The notes under the pieces were generated by a model. The model searched no databases. It had not been told where the DNA came from and saw nothing but the letters and a program-made list of their open reading frames with translations. A stretch of 64,000 nt of DNA from an uncultured Candidatus Rokubacteria bacterium (GTDB lineage: Bacteria > Methylomirabilota > Methylomirabilia > Rokubacteriales > DASRDR01): contig CAVPSB010000013.1 in the NCBI GenBank assembly GCA_963708025.1, forward strand, positions 416,001 through 480,000, read 5' to 3'. Positions 1-10,322 of this stretch are shown one piece after another. The position numbers and the translations under genes are program-made. Position 1 is the stretch's first letter, and the number at the start of each line of letters is the position of its first letter.

Positions 1-445
1 GCCGGGCGAGATCGCGATCGAGGTGCTCCGGGCCCGACAGCCCGGGCGCGCCGACTGGACGTCGCTCGCCCTCCGGGTGACCCTGTCGGTGATGAGCCGC
101 CCCGGGGAGACGTACCGGCTCGGCACCGGTCTCCTGGACGCGACCGAGGTGCGGGCGCTCGCGCAGGCCGTGGCGGAGATGGCCAGGCTCGCGACGGCGC
201 CGACGGCGGAGCCGAATCCCGAGAGCGTCGAGGTCGACTTCCACGGGGGCTCCCTGCGGATCGGCGTGCTGCGGGTCCGCGGCGACGCCGTGGCGTATGT
301 CCAGACCGGTGACCTGCCCACGCTCATGCAGCGGGCGGTGTGGGAGGTGCCCACCACGCTCTACCTGGCGCTGAAGGACCTGCCGGCCCTTTCGGCGGCG
401 CTGACCCAGGCAGCGGCCACGATCGAGAGCGTCCGCGGGAAGTAG
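1..445 (+). CDS. hypothetical protein, probably starting upstream of the window
   Basis: Open frame with GC3-rich codons up to TAG 443-445; no family recognised. Confidence 0.6.
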   Translation, partial: PGEIAIEVLRARQPGRADWTSLALRVTLSVMSRPGETYRLGTGLLDATEVRALAQAVAEMARLATAPTAEPNPESVEVDFHGGSLRIGVLRVRGDAVAYVQTGDLPTLMQRAVWEVPTTLYLALKDLPALSAALTQAAATIESVRGK

Positions 446-587
446 CGGGGCCGATGAGCGTCGCATCGCGTCGTCCTCGGTCGTCACCGATCCTCGGCGT
501 ACTCGGAGTACGCCTGCGGTCGGCGACTCCCTGCGTCCTTCGGACGGCCTTCGGCCTTTGGGCGCTGCTCGCTCCTCGGCCCCGCCC
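445..587. repeat. long-hairpin intergenic repeat, copy 1 (REP/MITE-like), carrying an inserted GACGGCCTTCGGCCTTTGG module
   Basis: Near-identical to 31731-31856; terminal IR gcggggccgatgagcg...cgctcctcggccccgc; central ggcgtact-cgg-agtacgcc hairpin. Confidence 0.9.
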
Positions 588-678
588 GCGAGAAACTAAC
601 TCACCCGCGATTCAGTAGGCCGAGTGCGGGGCCGATCAGCTTCGCCTGGTTTCCTACCCTTCAAAAGGAGACAGCGAC

Positions 679-1020
679 ATGAAGATGGCGCTGGTGGTGG
701 TTGCGGTCCTGGTGGGAGCCCTGTCCCCGACGACGGTGCGGGCGCAGCTCCCCGAGACCCAGGTGGTCGTCGACAACCCGTCGATCCGGGTCACCTCCCT
801 GACGTTCGTGCCCGGCGGCGCCACCGGCCGCCATCAGGGGATCGAGGCGGAGATCGGGATCGTCATGGACGGTGAGCTGATCGTGGAGAGCCCGACCGGC
901 CGGCAGAGCCTGAGCCCGGGATCCGTGTACTGGATGCCGGGGCTCACCCCTCACGACGTCCGAAACGAAAGCTCCCGCCCGGCCAGGCTGTACGACATCT
1001 TCCTCAAGCGCTGCGACTGA
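679..1020 (+). CDS. secreted cupin domain protein
   Basis: AGGAG SD; signal peptide; cupin motifs PGGATGRHQG...G and YWMPGLTPHDVRN. Confidence 0.85.
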   Translation: MKMALVVVAVLVGALSPTTVRAQLPETQVVVDNPSIRVTSLTFVPGGATGRHQGIEAEIGIVMDGELIVESPTGRQSLSPGSVYWMPGLTPHDVRNESSRPARLYDIFLKRCD

Positions 1021-1023
1021 TCA

Positions 1024-1058
1024 CCGGAGGGGCGCCGGATCGCCCGGCGCCCCTCCGG
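1024..1058. terminator. hairpin between convergent genes, probable bidirectional terminator
   Basis: Perfect 15-bp stem ccggaggggcgccgg-atcgc-ccggcgcccctccgg; no U-tract. Confidence 0.6.
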
Positions 1059-1075
1059 CCCCGCTCGACCTCGCG

Positions 1076-1885
1076 TTACTTCTTCAGCTCGTAGACCTTG
1101 CTCAGATCCGGATTGAGCACGGTCACCGGCAGCCCCGAATCCCTGAGCGCACTCGTCATGGCCATCGGCGTCGCCGCCCCCGGGGGCGGCTGGAGCCGGT
1201 GGTGGTGGGGGATCACGGTCTTCAGGTTGGGGTTGTCGGTCCGCAGGAGCCGCACCATCTGGACGATGTCCTGCGGGTCGCGGTTGGCGGACAGCGGGAG
1301 GATCGCCACGTCGGGCTTGTAGAGGCTGCCCCAGAGCTGCATGTCCATCGTCAGGGCCGTGCTGCCGGCGAAGTAGACGGTCAGCCCGTTCTCGAACTGG
1401 ATCATGAACCCCATGGCCGGGCCGCCGTTCAGCTTGTCGACCGTTCCCGAGCCGTGCACCGCGGCGACGTTGCGGATCGTCAGGCCGTCCAGCTTGAGCC
1501 AGTCACCGGGGTTGCTCCGGTGCACCTGCCCCTCGGGCACCTTGCGCGGCTCGAAGTACACCGACCACATCTCGAAGGGGGTGACGATCTTCGCCCCGGT
1601 CTTGATCGCGATCTCGTCGGTGGAGCCGACCTCGTCGCGATGCCCGTCGGCCACCAGGATGACGTCGACCTTCGGGAAGTCGGCCACCTTCACCGGGCTG
1701 TCCGGGTTCGTGACGAACGGGTTCGTCACGACGACCTTCCCCCCCGGCGACGTGAAGCGGAAGATGGACCAGGAGAGCCATTCCATCTTGACCGGGCCGG
1801 TCTGCGCCGCTCCCGGGGTCGGCCACCCGGCCAGGGTCGCCGCCATCAGCCCACCGATCACCCACCCGAGCAATCCTCTTCTCAT
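1076..1885 (-). CDS. secreted MBL-fold metal-dependent hydrolase (UPF0173/UlaG-like)
   Basis: Signal peptide; DVILVADGHRDEVG (variant HxHxDH), AVHGS, VYFAGST, VIPHH. Confidence 0.75.
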   Translation of the reverse strand: MRRGLLGWVIGGLMAATLAGWPTPGAAQTGPVKMEWLSWSIFRFTSPGGKVVVTNPFVTNPDSPVKVADFPKVDVILVADGHRDEVGSTDEIAIKTGAKIVTPFEMWSVYFEPRKVPEGQVHRSNPGDWLKLDGLTIRNVAAVHGSGTVDKLNGGPAMGFMIQFENGLTVYFAGSTALTMDMQLWGSLYKPDVAILPLSANRDPQDIVQMVRLLRTDNPNLKTVIPHHHRLQPPPGAATPMAMTSALRDSGLPVTVLNPDLSKVYELKK

Positions 1886-2056
1886 GATCGTCCTCCAAGC
1901 GTTGACGTGTCGAGCGTGGCGCGGCCCGAATCCGACTTCCCCCGGCCGCGCGCTTCCGATCCGCGCCTGGCGGCGCCGTCGGCGCAGGCCAGGATTGTAA
2001 GCCGGCGCCCGGCAGATTGACCATCCCCCGCCCGATCTGCGCTAGAATCGGGGGCC

Positions 2057-3272
2057 ATGGCGACCCGAATGGCGCGCAACATGCGGCTCCTGGCCCATCA
2101 CGAGCTCAACGGCTTCGGCAACTGCGGCGAGGGCATGGCCATCCAGCTCACCCGGGACGGCCGGCGCGTGCTGTGGCTCGCCCACGAGTCGCCGCCGAAG
2201 AACGTCACCGCGGTGGACGTGACCGAGCCGCGGAAGCCCGCGGTAATCTTCCAGAGCGACTTGCCCCACGGGGAGATGCGGTCCAACTCCCTCGACGTCG
2301 TCGGGGACCTGCTCGTCGTCGCCTACCAGACGAGCCGGCCCGGGCTCACCCCGGCGGGGTTCGAGATCTTCGACGTCGGCGATCCCACCCGCCCGCGGTC
2401 GGTGGCGGTGTTCGACGCCTCGGGACCCGCCTCGCGGGGCGTCCACCACCTGTGGTTCGTGGACGGCCAGTACGTCCACCTGAGCGGCGGCGCCGCCGAC
2501 TTCACCCCGCTCAACCGCAAGGACGACCAGTGCTACCGGATCGTGGACGTCCGCGACCCCGCCCGACCCCAGGAGGTCGGCCGCTGGTGGCTACCCGGCA
2601 CCCGTGATGGCGACTCCGAGCCGCCGCCGGCGCGCCACGCGAAGTTCGACTCGGGCTTTCGCGCCCACAACACCAACGTCTATCCCAAGCGCCCTGACCG
2701 CGCCTGGATCGGCTACCTCGACGGCGGCGCGATCGTGCTGGATATCTCGGACATGGCCCACCCGCGGCTCGTCAGCCGCTGGGACTACCACCCGCCCTTC
2801 CCGGGCTTCACCCACACCCTGCTCCCGCTGCTCGACCGGGGCCTGCTCGTCGTCTCCGACGAGTCGATCGCCGACGGCGCCAGCGACTGGCCGAAGCTCG
2901 TCTGGATCCTCGACGCCCGCGAGGAGACGAACCTGGTTCCGATCAGCACCTGCCCGCTGCCGCCGGTCGAGACCTTCGCCAAGCGCGGCGGCCGCTTCGG
3001 CGCCCACAACCTCCACGAGAACCGGCCGGCGCCGGGGTCGTGGGTGTCGGAGACGGTCATCGTGGGGACCTTCTTCAATGGCGGCGTCCGGGCCTTCGAC
3101 CTGACCGACCCCTTCCGTCCCGAGGAGGCCGCCTTCTACGTGCCGGCCGGCCCCTCGCCGGTCGTCCCGCAGCGCGGTCCAGCTCAACGACGTCTTCGTT
3201 GACGAGCGGCAGGTCGTCTACACCGTCGACCGCTTCACCGGCGGGCTGTACATCCTCGAGCTGAAGCTCTGA
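2057..3272 (+). CDS. LVIVD repeat-containing protein (frameshift near 3165)
   Basis: Repeated xVDVxDPxxP units, GRFGAHNLHEN; the true C-terminus (VQLNDVFVDERQVVYTVDRFTGGLYILELKL*) is in another frame, ending TGA 3270-3272. Confidence 0.85.
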
Positions 3273-3324
3273 GCTGCCTCGGGGGATCTCGGAAGCCCCC
3301 GTTTACCTGGCCGCGCGGGCGGAG

Positions 3325-3486
3325 TCAGCGGCCCGCGAGCTTCGCCTCGGCCTTCTCGAGCCAGGACGCCATGCCCATCTCGCGGTGGTCACGCCAGTCG
3401 CGTCGCGCCGTCGTATCGCAAGGGATCCCATAGCCGTGGAGGAGCCGGGCGAGACCGTTGGGGAGATTGACGTCAAGCAGCCACAT
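3325..3486 (-). pseudogene. truncated DUF5615 (PIN-like) toxin fused to an adenylate-cyclase/TPR C-terminal tail
   Basis: MWLLDVNLPNGLARLLHGYGIPCDT is a DUF5615-type N-terminus, followed by REMGMASWLEKAEAKL. Confidence 0.65.
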
Positions 3487-3709
3487 CGTGGCGGTCGGTG
3501 ACCTCGGCCGCGAAGCGAAGCACCTCTCCGATGCTCTCGCGGGGAAAGTCCGAGTACTCCCGCACGATGTCCTCATGCGACATGCCCTCGGCCAGGCAGG
3601 CCAGGATGAACGACACCGAAAAGCGCGTGCCTGCGATCGTCACCTTGCCGCCGAGGCGATCTGGATTCGTCACCAGGAAGCGGTATCCGGCGATCAACTT
3701 GTCTTCCAC
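3473..3709 (-). CDS. DUF433 antitoxin-like protein
   Basis: GTG after GGAGG; TNPDRLGGKVTIAGTRFSVSFILACLAEGMSHEDIVREY. Confidence 0.85.
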   Translation of the reverse strand: MEDKLIAGYRFLVTNPDRLGGKVTIAGTRFSVSFILACLAEGMSHEDIVREYSDFPRESIGEVLRFAAEVTDRHDVAA

Positions 3710-3806
3710 GACCCCTCCTGTCTTGCGGTGGCAAGCCGAGATGGGCACCGCGCCATGGAGCGCCCCGGCCGCCTCCACATGGAGATTGAAGCACGGCCGC
3801 CCGGCT

Positions 3807-6800
3807 TCAGGCCAGCGTTCTCGACTCCGCCGCCGCCTGCTCCGACCAGAACCGCATCCCCATCTCGCCGTACATCGTCGTCGCGGTGGTGAGGTGCTCG
3901 CGGGCCTGCTCACGCTTGCCGGTGCTCCGGGAGAGCCGACTCAGCCCGAAGTGGCAGTGGGCGATCAGCGGGCGCATCCCGAGCTCGGTGGCCCGGGCGA
4001 GGGCCCGACCGTAGTGCTCGGCGGCTGACTCCAGGTCGGGGGGATCGGCCTGCGCGGCGATCTCGCCGAGGAGGCGCAGGACCCACGCCTCGTTGCCGCG
4101 CTCCTTCTGGCGGTGCGCGAGGTCGAGGGCGTGCCGGGCGACTGCGAGCGCGTCGTCCCGGCGGCCGGCCAGGAGATGCGCCTCTCCGAGGTAAGCGAGA
4201 AAGAGCGGATGGTTAGCGATGCCCGTCACGGCGGGGTCGGCGAGGGCCTCCTCGATGAGGGCCGCGCCCTCGGGGAGGCGCCCCGACAGCGCGTACGCGT
4301 ACCCGAGATGCGCAGCCGGGACGTCGAAGAGGGCCGGCGCCGGGATGACCCGGCAGAGCTCGACGGAGCGCTCGAGCGGCGAGATGGCCCGCATGAGGTC
4401 GCCACGCCGGACAGAGACGAGCCCCAGGCTCCGGTCGGCGATGACGAGGCTGGGGGAATGGTCGACCTCGCGGGCGATCCGGCCAGCCTCGTCGGTGCGC
4501 GCCATCGCCTCGGCGAACTCGCCCAGCTCCGCGAGGCACCAGGCGAGCCGGTCCTGCGCGAAGACGGATATCAGGGTGCCGGTTTCCAGCCGTTCATACC
4601 GCCGATCGCCCTGAAGCGCCTCCACGGCCCGGCTGAGGCACTCGGCAGCCTGTCGATAGTCGCCAATCGTCTGCCAGACCACGCCGAGGCGCAGGGTCGC
4701 CCATGTCTGGCGAGAGACGTCATCGTGGGCGATGGCGAGGGCGAGGGCCCGCTGGGCCAACTCGAGGGCGCGGTCCGGGTCACCTTCCATCCACGTCTGG
4801 AGCGCGAGCCGGGCCAGGGCCCGCCCCAGCCGGCGTTCGTCGCCCAGCGTCGCGGCGAGGAGCTCGGCCTCGCGGGCAAGCTCGGCACCCTTCGCCCCTG
4901 CGCCAATTGCCCCCAGGGCGCCGCTGGCGTCGAGATGGAGGTCGATGGCCTGCTCCGTCCGCGCGCGACTTTCCGGGAGGTGCCGGATCGCGTCGAGCGC
5001 CTGGTCGAAGCCAGCGGCGGCCTCCCAGTAGGCCGAGCGCGCCATCGCCTTCCCTCCGGCCTGGTGGAGATAGCGGACGGCCTTGTCCCAGGCCTCGCCC
5101 CGAAGCGCGTGGTGAGCCAGCCGCTCGACGTGCTCGGCCAGCCGTGCCGGGTACAGGCCCTCGATCGCCTCGACCGCCCGGGCGTGGAGCGTGCGCCGAC
5201 GCTCATGGACGAGGCTTCCGTAGGCCACCTCGTGGGTGAGCGCGTGCTTGAAGGTGTACTCGGCGTCGGGGAACAGGCTCGTCTCGTAGAGGAACTCGGC
5301 CGCCTGGAGCCGGGCGAGGCCATCGGCGAGCGCATCCGGAAACACCTCGGCGACGGCCGCGAGCACGATCACGGGAACGTCGGTGCCAACGACCGCGGCG
5401 GTCTGGAGGAGGTCCTTGTCCTCCGGCACCAGCCGGTCGATGCGCGCCGCCAGGATGGCCTGCACCGTCGCCGGCACCTGGATCGTGTCCGGGGTCTTCA
5501 CTAGACGGTATGCGCCGCGCTCGCCCGCGAGCACCCCGTCGTCCACCAGGCTCCGCACGCTCTCCTCGAGGAAGAAGGGGTTGCCCTCGGTCCGCGCGAG
5601 GAGGAGCGGCTTCAGCGGCGCGAGGCCGGCGTCGCCTCCGAGGAGGGTCTCCAGCAGCTCGCCGGCACGCTCCGGCGCGAGCGGATCGAGCCGGAGCTGG
5701 CGGTAGTAGGTCTTCCCGCCCCAGTCGTGCCGGTACTCCGGGCGGTAGTTCACGAGGAGCAGGAGCCGGGCGGTCGGCAGGCTCTCGACCAGGCGGTCGA
5801 GCGCGGCTTGCGCCTCCGTGTCGATCCAGTGAAGGTCCTCGACGACGGCCAGGAGCGGCTGGACCTGGCTCTCCCGCAGGAGGAGCCGCTTCAGGGCGTC
5901 GATGGTGCGCTGCCGCCGCTCGGGCGGGGACAGAACCTCCCACCCGCGGTCCTCCACCGGCACGTCGAGGAGCGCGAGGAACGCCGGCAGCGCCGGCTCG
6001 AGGGCGCGGTCGAGCGCCAAGAGCTTGCCGGTGACCTTCTCCCGGATGGCGCGGGGCTCGTCGCGGTCGCCGATCTGGAGGTACCCCTTGAGGAGGTCGA
6101 CCACCGGGAGATACGGCGTGGCCTTGCCATAGGAAACGGAGCCAGCCTGGAGGATCAGCCAGCCGTGGGTCCGGTGGGAATGGGTGACCTCCCAGACGAG
6201 CCGCGACTTCCCGACCCCCGGCTCGCCGACGATGGCCACCACCTGGCCATGCCCGCTCGCCGCGCGGCCGAGCGCCTCGCGGAGCTGCTCGAGCTCCCCG
6301 TCCCGGCCCACGAACCGGGTGAGTCCGCGCGCGGCCGCCGCGGAGAGCCGCGAGCGCCGGGGGCCCGCCCCCAGCAGCTCGAAGGCCTCCACCGGAGCCG
6401 GGAGCCCCTTGACCGGCATCGCGCCGAGCGACTTCACCTCGACGTACCCCTCCGACAGGCGGAGGGTGTCAGCGGTCAGGAGCGTCGTGCCCGGGCTGGC
6501 GAGCTGCTCCATGCGGGCGGCCAGGTGCGTGGTCTGGCCGACGGCCGTGTAGTCCATGTGGAGATCACTCGAGATCGCCCGCACCACCACCTCGCCCGAG
6601 TTGAGGCCCACCCGGACCTCGACGGTCACGCCGTGAGACCGCCGGAGCTCCTCGGTCAGGCGCCGCATTCCGCGCTGCAGGTCCAGCGCCGCGTAGCACG
6701 CCCGCACGGCGTGGTCCTCGTGGGTCACCGGCGCGCCGAAGAGCGCCATGATCCCGTCACCCATGACCTGGTTCACAGTCCCCTCGTAGCGGTGGACGGC

Positions 6801-7163
6801 GTCCATCATGCGCTCGAGGACCGGGTCCAGGAGCTTCCGGGCCTCCTCGGGATCCCGGTCCGAGAGGAGCTCCAGCGAGCCCTTCAGGTCCGCGAACAGC
6901 ACGGTGACCTGCTTGCGCTCGCCTTCGAGGGCGCGCTTCGAGCTCAGGATCTTCTCGGCGAGGCGCTTCGGGATATAGCTGGCGGGAGCTGGCACGGCTG
7001 CGGTCGAGCCTCCGGGCAGAGCCGTGCCGCAGGAGCGACAGAACCGCTTGCCCGGGGAGACGTCGGCTCCGCACTGGGGGCAAGCGAGGGCGAGGCGGGC
7101 GCCGCAGTCCTCGCAGAACCGCGCGTCCACGGCGTTCTCGGCCTGGCACCGGGGACAGTGCAT
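3807..7163 (-). CDS. double zinc ribbon / class III adenylate-guanylate cyclase / AAA ATPase / TPR protein
   Basis: CxxC repeats; ERKQVTVLFADLKGS, GDGIMALFGAP; P-loop GEPGVGKS; helical repeats. Confidence 0.93.
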   Translation of the reverse strand: MHCPRCQAENAVDARFCEDCGARLALACPQCGADVSPGKRFCRSCGTALPGGSTAAVPAPASYIPKRLAEKILSSKRALEGERKQVTVLFADLKGSLELLSDRDPEEARKLLDPVLERMMDAVHRYEGTVNQVMGDGIMALFGAPVTHEDHAVRACYAALDLQRGMRRLTEELRRSHGVTVEVRVGLNSGEVVVRAISSDLHMDYTAVGQTTHLAARMEQLASPGTTLLTADTLRLSEGYVEVKSLGAMPVKGLPAPVEAFELLGAGPRRSRLSAAAARGLTRFVGRDGELEQLREALGRAASGHGQVVAIVGEPGVGKSRLVWEVTHSHRTHGWLILQAGSVSYGKATPYLPVVDLLKGYLQIGDRDEPRAIREKVTGKLLALDRALEPALPAFLALLDVPVEDRGWEVLSPPERRQRTIDALKRLLLRESQVQPLLAVVEDLHWIDTEAQAALDRLVESLPTARLLLLVNYRPEYRHDWGGKTYYRQLRLDPLAPERAGELLETLLGGDAGLAPLKPLLLARTEGNPFFLEESVRSLVDDGVLAGERGAYRLVKTPDTIQVPATVQAILAARIDRLVPEDKDLLQTAAVVGTDVPVIVLAAVAEVFPDALADGLARLQAAEFLYETSLFPDAEYTFKHALTHEVAYGSLVHERRRTLHARAVEAIEGLYPARLAEHVERLAHHALRGEAWDKAVRYLHQAGGKAMARSAYWEAAAGFDQALDAIRHLPESRARTEQAIDLHLDASGALGAIGAGAKGAELAREAELLAATLGDERRLGRALARLALQTWMEGDPDRALELAQRALALAIAHDDVSRQTWATLRLGVVWQTIGDYRQAAECLSRAVEALQGDRRYERLETGTLISVFAQDRLAWCLAELGEFAEAMARTDEAGRIAREVDHSPSLVIADRSLGLVSVRRGDLMRAISPLERSVELCRVIPAPALFDVPAAHLGYAYALSGRLPEGAALIEEALADPAVTGIANHPLFLAYLGEAHLLAGRRDDALAVARHALDLAHRQKERGNEAWVLRLLGEIAAQADPPDLESAAEHYGRALARATELGMRPLIAHCHFGLSRLSRSTGKREQAREHLTTATTMYGEMGMRFWSEQAAAESRTLA

Positions 7164-7249
7164 CCGGGACCTCGGTGCGCTGAGGCTACGCCCCGGGAAA
7201 TGGGGCGTCAAGGCACGCGCGATGGCACACCGCCCGGGCCTGGCTCAAG

Positions 7250-8210
7250 CATGAGATCCCCGTGCGACCTTGCCGAGTGGAGCGACGCCAGCCCGGCTTC
7301 TCGAACTCGACTGGTCGCCCATTGTGGCCCGACCACGCGCGGCTTCTATCTCTGCACCCTCTGCGCGTCGATGTCGCGACCAGCTGGGTCGAGCTCCAAG
7401 CCGTCTGGGGCAAGGGCCAGCTGCGGGTCGGCACCGCCATCCATCACGTCCGCCAGCGCCTGCCCATGCCCTTGCGCGGCCTGGACAGCGACAACGGCTC
7501 CGAGTTCATCAATCACGACCTGTATGCCTGGTGCCAGCGCGAGGGCATCACCTTCACCCGCAGTCGTCCCTACCAGAAGAACGACAGCGCCCACGTCGAG
7601 CAGAAGAACGGCGCCATCGTCCGCCCCCTCATCGGCTATGATCGCTACGCCTCCCGCGCCGCCTATGCCCAGCTCGCCCACGTCTACGAGCTCGCCCGGC
7701 TGCACATCAACTTCTTCCAGCCCGTCCAGAAGCTCGTGACCAAAGCGCGCCGCGGCCCGCGCGTGCATCGCGTGTACGACCGCGCCCAGACCCCGTATCA
7801 GCGCCTGTGTGCCACGGGCGTCCTCCCGCCCCCGCGCCGGCAAGAGCTCGAGGCCGTGTATCAGCGGCTCAACCCGCTGCACCTCCGCCGGCAGCTCGAG
7901 GCCGCCCTGGATCGCCTCTGGCCCTTGGCCGTCCCGGCCCCGCCCGCGCCGGCCGCACCCCGGGAAAACGCCCCGGAAAGGGAATAGCCGGATATGGCCT
8001 CGCGCCCAACTCGCGCTCCTACGGGCGCCCAGCGGCCCGCGCGCCTGACCCCGGGCCTGGCAAGCGGCCCCAGGCGCTCCCGGGGCGCGCCGCCCGCCCG
8101 GTCCGCCGGCACTCCCACGGCCTCACGCGCCGCCCTGGGCGGCGCCGCCACCCTGCGGCCCCGGGTAACCCTGACTTCTGATCTGACGGATCACGGAGGG
8201 TAACCCTGAC
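7250..8210 (+). mobile_element. 5'-truncated, frameshifted IS remnant with rve/DDE integrase-core transposase (coding part to 7987)
   Basis: LVAHCG, VDVATSW, DSDNGSEFIN, FTRSRPYQKNDSAHVEQKN; direct repeats gggtaaccctgac at 8163-8175 and 8198-8210 as the probable right end. Confidence 0.85.
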
Positions 8211-8251
8211 CCGCGCGATCCCGGCAGCAGGAGGGGTGCCGGCCGCGAGCT

Positions 8252-8879
8252 TCAGGCCCGGTCGGCCACCGGACGCGGCGCGGCTGCGCCGAAGACGGGG
8301 TTGTCCGTGCGATCGACGAGCGACTCGTCGCCTTCGGTGGGGAGCGGCTCGGCGTGGCTCTGCGCCCCCTCGATGTCGCCCTCCCACACCTCCCGGGGCA
8401 GCTCGTACAGCACCTCGATGCCGTGACCATCGGGGTCGGTGATGTACACGCTGTGGCTCATGCCGTGGTTGACGCGCCGGCGGAAGGGCACGCCGCGGCT
8501 GCGAAGGAAGGCGATCTGGGCGAGCCACGACTCCCGGTCGGGCCAGGCGATGGCCACGTGGTTCAGCCCCGCCCGGCCCGGCGACAGCCTCCACGGCGGC
8601 TCCGCCGGGCCGCCGACGCCGTCGGCCCCGGAGATCTCGGCCAGCGCCACGTCGTGATGGGTCACGCGCCCTTGCGGCGTCGAGTCCGCTGTAGAAGCGC
8701 ATCTTCGGCCGGTGGCCGGCGATGGGCTGGAGCCGGGCGACGCAGCGGAAGCCCATGATCTCGGTCCAGAACCGGTGCGACACCTCGAGGTCCCGCACGT
8801 TGAGGACGACGTGGTTGATGCCGCGTGGCGGCCGGGCCTGCGCCGGCGGTGCGGAAGCGTGCGCGTCGTCGTTCGGCAT
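8252..8879 (-). CDS. VOC/glyoxalase family protein (frameshift near 8675)
   Basis: GINHVVLNVRDLEVSHRFW then HHDVALAE, GLNHVAIAW, SVYITDPDGHGIEVLYE in two frames. Confidence 0.85.
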
Positions 8880-8896
8880 GGTGCCCTCCGTTCGTA

Positions 8897-8985
8897 ACCT
8901 CCCGCCCACCCCCCAACCCCCCTCCGCAATTGTTGGACGGCCTCGGCCGTGGCCGGGGGGGAGGGGGGGTCGGAAGGCGATTGCT
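8897..8985. repeat. C-tract/G-tract intergenic repeat with a degenerate GGACGGCC module
   Basis: acctcccgcccaccccc...gggggggaggggggg; homologous to 17968, 19778, 26048, 36794. Confidence 0.75.
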
Positions 8986-8997
8986 CCCAGATGCTCT

Positions 8998-9471
8998 TCA
9001 GTGCGCGGGGGCGACGCCGCGCCGGGCCAGCTCGCGCTCCAGGTCCAGCTCCCGGGTCGGGACCGGGCGGCCCTCGGGCACGGTCCAGAAGACCTCGAAC
9101 TCCAGCCCGTCCGGATCCTTGGCGTACAGCGACAGGCTGACGCCGTGGTCCGACTCCCCCACCAGCGCCCGCGTCTCGATCAGCCGCTGCCGCGCGCGCA
9201 CCAGGTCGGTGATCTCGCCGACCTCCCAGGCGGAATGGTACATGCGCACCACCCGCTCGTCGGGCGGCGGCGCGCCCGTCTGCTCGAACAGGCCGAGGTG
9301 GTGATCGTCGAGGCTGCCCGGGATCTTCAGGAAGGCCGCCCGCGGGTGCCGCACCGTCACCTCGAAGCCCAGCACGTCGCGGTAGAAGCGCACGCTGCGC
9401 TCGACGCTCGACACCCACAGGACCAGGTGCTGCAATCGCTTGAGGCCGATGCCGGTCGTCACAGTGGTCAT
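8998..9471 (-). CDS. VOC/glyoxalase family protein
   Basis: LQHLVLWV, HHLGLF, YHSAWEV, SLYAKDPDGLEFEVFW; TATAAT on the minus strand near 9546-9551. Confidence 0.9.
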   Translation of the reverse strand: MTTVTTGIGLKRLQHLVLWVSSVERSVRFYRDVLGFEVTVRHPRAAFLKIPGSLDDHHLGLFEQTGAPPPDERVVRMYHSAWEVGEITDLVRARQRLIETRALVGESDHGVSLSLYAKDPDGLEFEVFWTVPEGRPVPTRELDLERELARRGVAPAH

Positions 9472-9702
9472 GCGTCACTCTCCCTCGTGACCCCGACTTC
9501 GTAGTCGCGCGGGGCCCTTGCGCTCACCACACCGTCTCCCGGATCATTATAGCCGCCGGCCGGGCCCGGGACCGGCCCGACGGGGACCGGCCGGGTCGGC
9601 GCCGGGCGGACGAGCGGCCGGCCGTCGTCTCGTGTACAGTCGTACCCGAAGGCCGAACGCACCACCCCGAACGCATCACCCCCAACAGGAGGCAGGAACA
9701 AC

Positions 9703-10302
9703 ATGGCTCAGACGAAGATTCCCCTGGACGCGCAGCGGTTCGCCACCGGTCTCACCTGGAAGGACTACATGGCCCAGATGGGCGACACCCGGGCTCGCAC
9801 CGAGGACAACTACGCGAAGGCCACGCTGACCGACGAGGAGCGGAAGTTCTTCAGCGGCATCGGCCAGGTGCGGTACGCCCTGATGCTCGCCGAGAACTGG
9901 TGCGGCGACGTCCACCGCAACTCGCCGCTGCTCGCGCACATCGTCGAGGCGATGCCGGGCTGCGAGCTGCGCGTCTTCTTCCGCGATCAGAACATCGACC
10001 TGACGGACTGCTTCCTGAACAACGGCTACCGGTCCATTCCGGTCCTGGTCTTCTTCGACAAGGACTGGAACGAGATCGGGCACTGGATCGAGCGGGCGCA
10101 TCCCGCGACCGCCAAGGTCGTGGGGATCCGCTCCCGGACGCTCGACGTGGCGCCCAAGGACCAGCAGGAGGCCGCGATGGGCGAGTACCGGAAGCAGGTC
10201 CAGGCCGAGTACGACGTGCCCGGCGGCCCGCTCTGGCGGGCGGCCGCCCAGGAGGTCCGCACCCTGCTGGAGACCCGGCTCGGGCTGGCGGCCAAGAAGT
10301 AG
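9703..10302 (+). CDS. thioredoxin-like protein (Thioredoxin_9 type, WCGD)
   Basis: AENWCGDV, RSIPVLVFFD, GHWIER. Confidence 0.85.
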   Translation: MAQTKIPLDAQRFATGLTWKDYMAQMGDTRARTEDNYAKATLTDEERKFFSGIGQVRYALMLAENWCGDVHRNSPLLAHIVEAMPGCELRVFFRDQNIDLTDCFLNNGYRSIPVLVFFDKDWNEIGHWIERAHPATAKVVGIRSRTLDVAPKDQQEAAMGEYRKQVQAEYDVPGGPLWRAAAQEVRTLLETRLGLAAKK

Positions 10303-10322
10303 CCGCGCGGCGGTGCGACCGG

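Noticed and set aside
9654-9683. Short tandem repeat cgaacgcaccaccc/cgaacgcatcaccc
   Set aside because: Only two units in a 5' leader; no further support for a function.
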